Positions 63,176 through 64,000 of a stretch of DNA of 64,000 bases are shown here, piece after piece. Below the pieces are notes generated by a model, which ran no database searches, had not been told where the DNA came from, and worked only from the letters and a program-made list of their open reading frames with translations. The DNA comes from Heteronotia binoei (taxonomy: Eukaryota). Each line of letters begins with the position of its first letter. Within the stretch, counting starts at the first letter, position 1. Position numbers and translations under genes: made by a program. Location of the stretch: contig NC_083226.1 in assembly GCF_032191835.1 (NCBI RefSeq), forward strand, positions 51,708,001-51,772,000, read 5' to 3'.

Positions 63176-64000
63176 CCAGACCATGCAAAGGGAGGAAGGC
63201 CATGCAGGAAGGATCACAGAAGCCCAATGTGATGCTTCAGAGGCAGCTTCCCCGGTCTCCACAATGCCCAGATACTCTGGGTAGGCCAAGGATCGGCCAG
63301 CAGCCAGCCTCTAAGGGCCAGTAGCAGAGGCACAAGGGTGGCAGAGGAACAGTAGAACTCACCGCTAGTGATGGCCCATTCCTCATGTGTTGTGGGAGCC
63401 AGGAAGGCTTCTTTGGAACAACCACAGTGAACACCTGAAGGCTTTCTGTGGAGGAGGGGCAGGGGAAATCGGATCCCTGGCAGGTAGCTGCCCTTTAGGC
63501 ATGGTGTCACATTCTCAGGGTGCAGTCAGGCAGGAGTCCAAAGCCAGTCCAAGATCAAAGTCCAGGAAGTTAAGCAAGAGCCAAGTCACCAATGCAAAAT
63601 CACAAACCGGAATCAGAAGTCAGTGTCCAAAAGCCAAAGGGTCAGGGTGCCAAGGAATTCAAGCAGGTCAGAATCAGGAAGGACCATAGATGCAAGCCAG
63701 AGAATAGACATGTTGCTTCCACAAGGTTACCAAGTTCTGGGTGGGAGTTATATGGGAGCCTCAATCAGCCTGCTCCCTGGGTGGCAGTGACTCTGCTAGA
63801 ACTCAGGGCTGAGAGATCTGAAGCATCAGTGTGCCTCATGCTCTGAAAGTTCTTTCTGGAGCCTTCTTCATACTCTTGAGATGGGAGGGGGAGAGCTTGG
63901 AGGAGACTGATCATCAACAGCTGACACTGGTGCCTGGAATGTGAGGAGAGTGATTGATGGGCCAGCTGCTGGTTGTTCGGCTGAGGAACTGGCTGGCAAC
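63176..64000. mobile_element. Probable LTR-retrotransposon (Gypsy-like) LTR sequence truncating BovB; runs off the window
   Basis: Abrupt loss of BovB homology, and short degenerate repeats 'caggagtccaaagccagtccaagatcaaagtccagg...cagaagtcagtgtcc' of a kind I associate with squamate LTRs; termini not visible. Confidence 0.4.

Overview
This is repeat-dense vertebrate genomic DNA with three assembly gaps. The SINE/LINE repertoire (Sauria/Squam1, Squam2, Squam3-like and 5S-derived SINEs, CR1, L2, L1, RTE-BovB) points to a squamate reptile, most likely a gecko. I could not recognise any host protein-coding gene. The protein-like ORFs are retroelement fragments or read-throughs of repeats. The least ordinary structures are five. 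(1) Three divergent solo LTRs of one family (16673-17968, 43094-44328, 55961-58445), each with a perfect 4-bp TSD, a long mosaic U3 and a conserved hairpin island. (2) A 1.28-kb fold-back palindrome with an asymmetric ~37-bp minisatellite at its axis (19740-21015), next to an unexplained CpG-undepleted segment. (3) Two young CR1 insertions whose 5' junctions both carry snap-back inverted copies; one creates a chimeric 346-aa ORF. (4) Young Harbinger and hAT non-autonomous elements, including a MER1/Charlie3-like fragment. (5) A recent template-switch duplication inside an old L2. I found no clear novel gene system. Family names come from recalled consensus similarity, not database searches. 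Identity values are estimates by eye.
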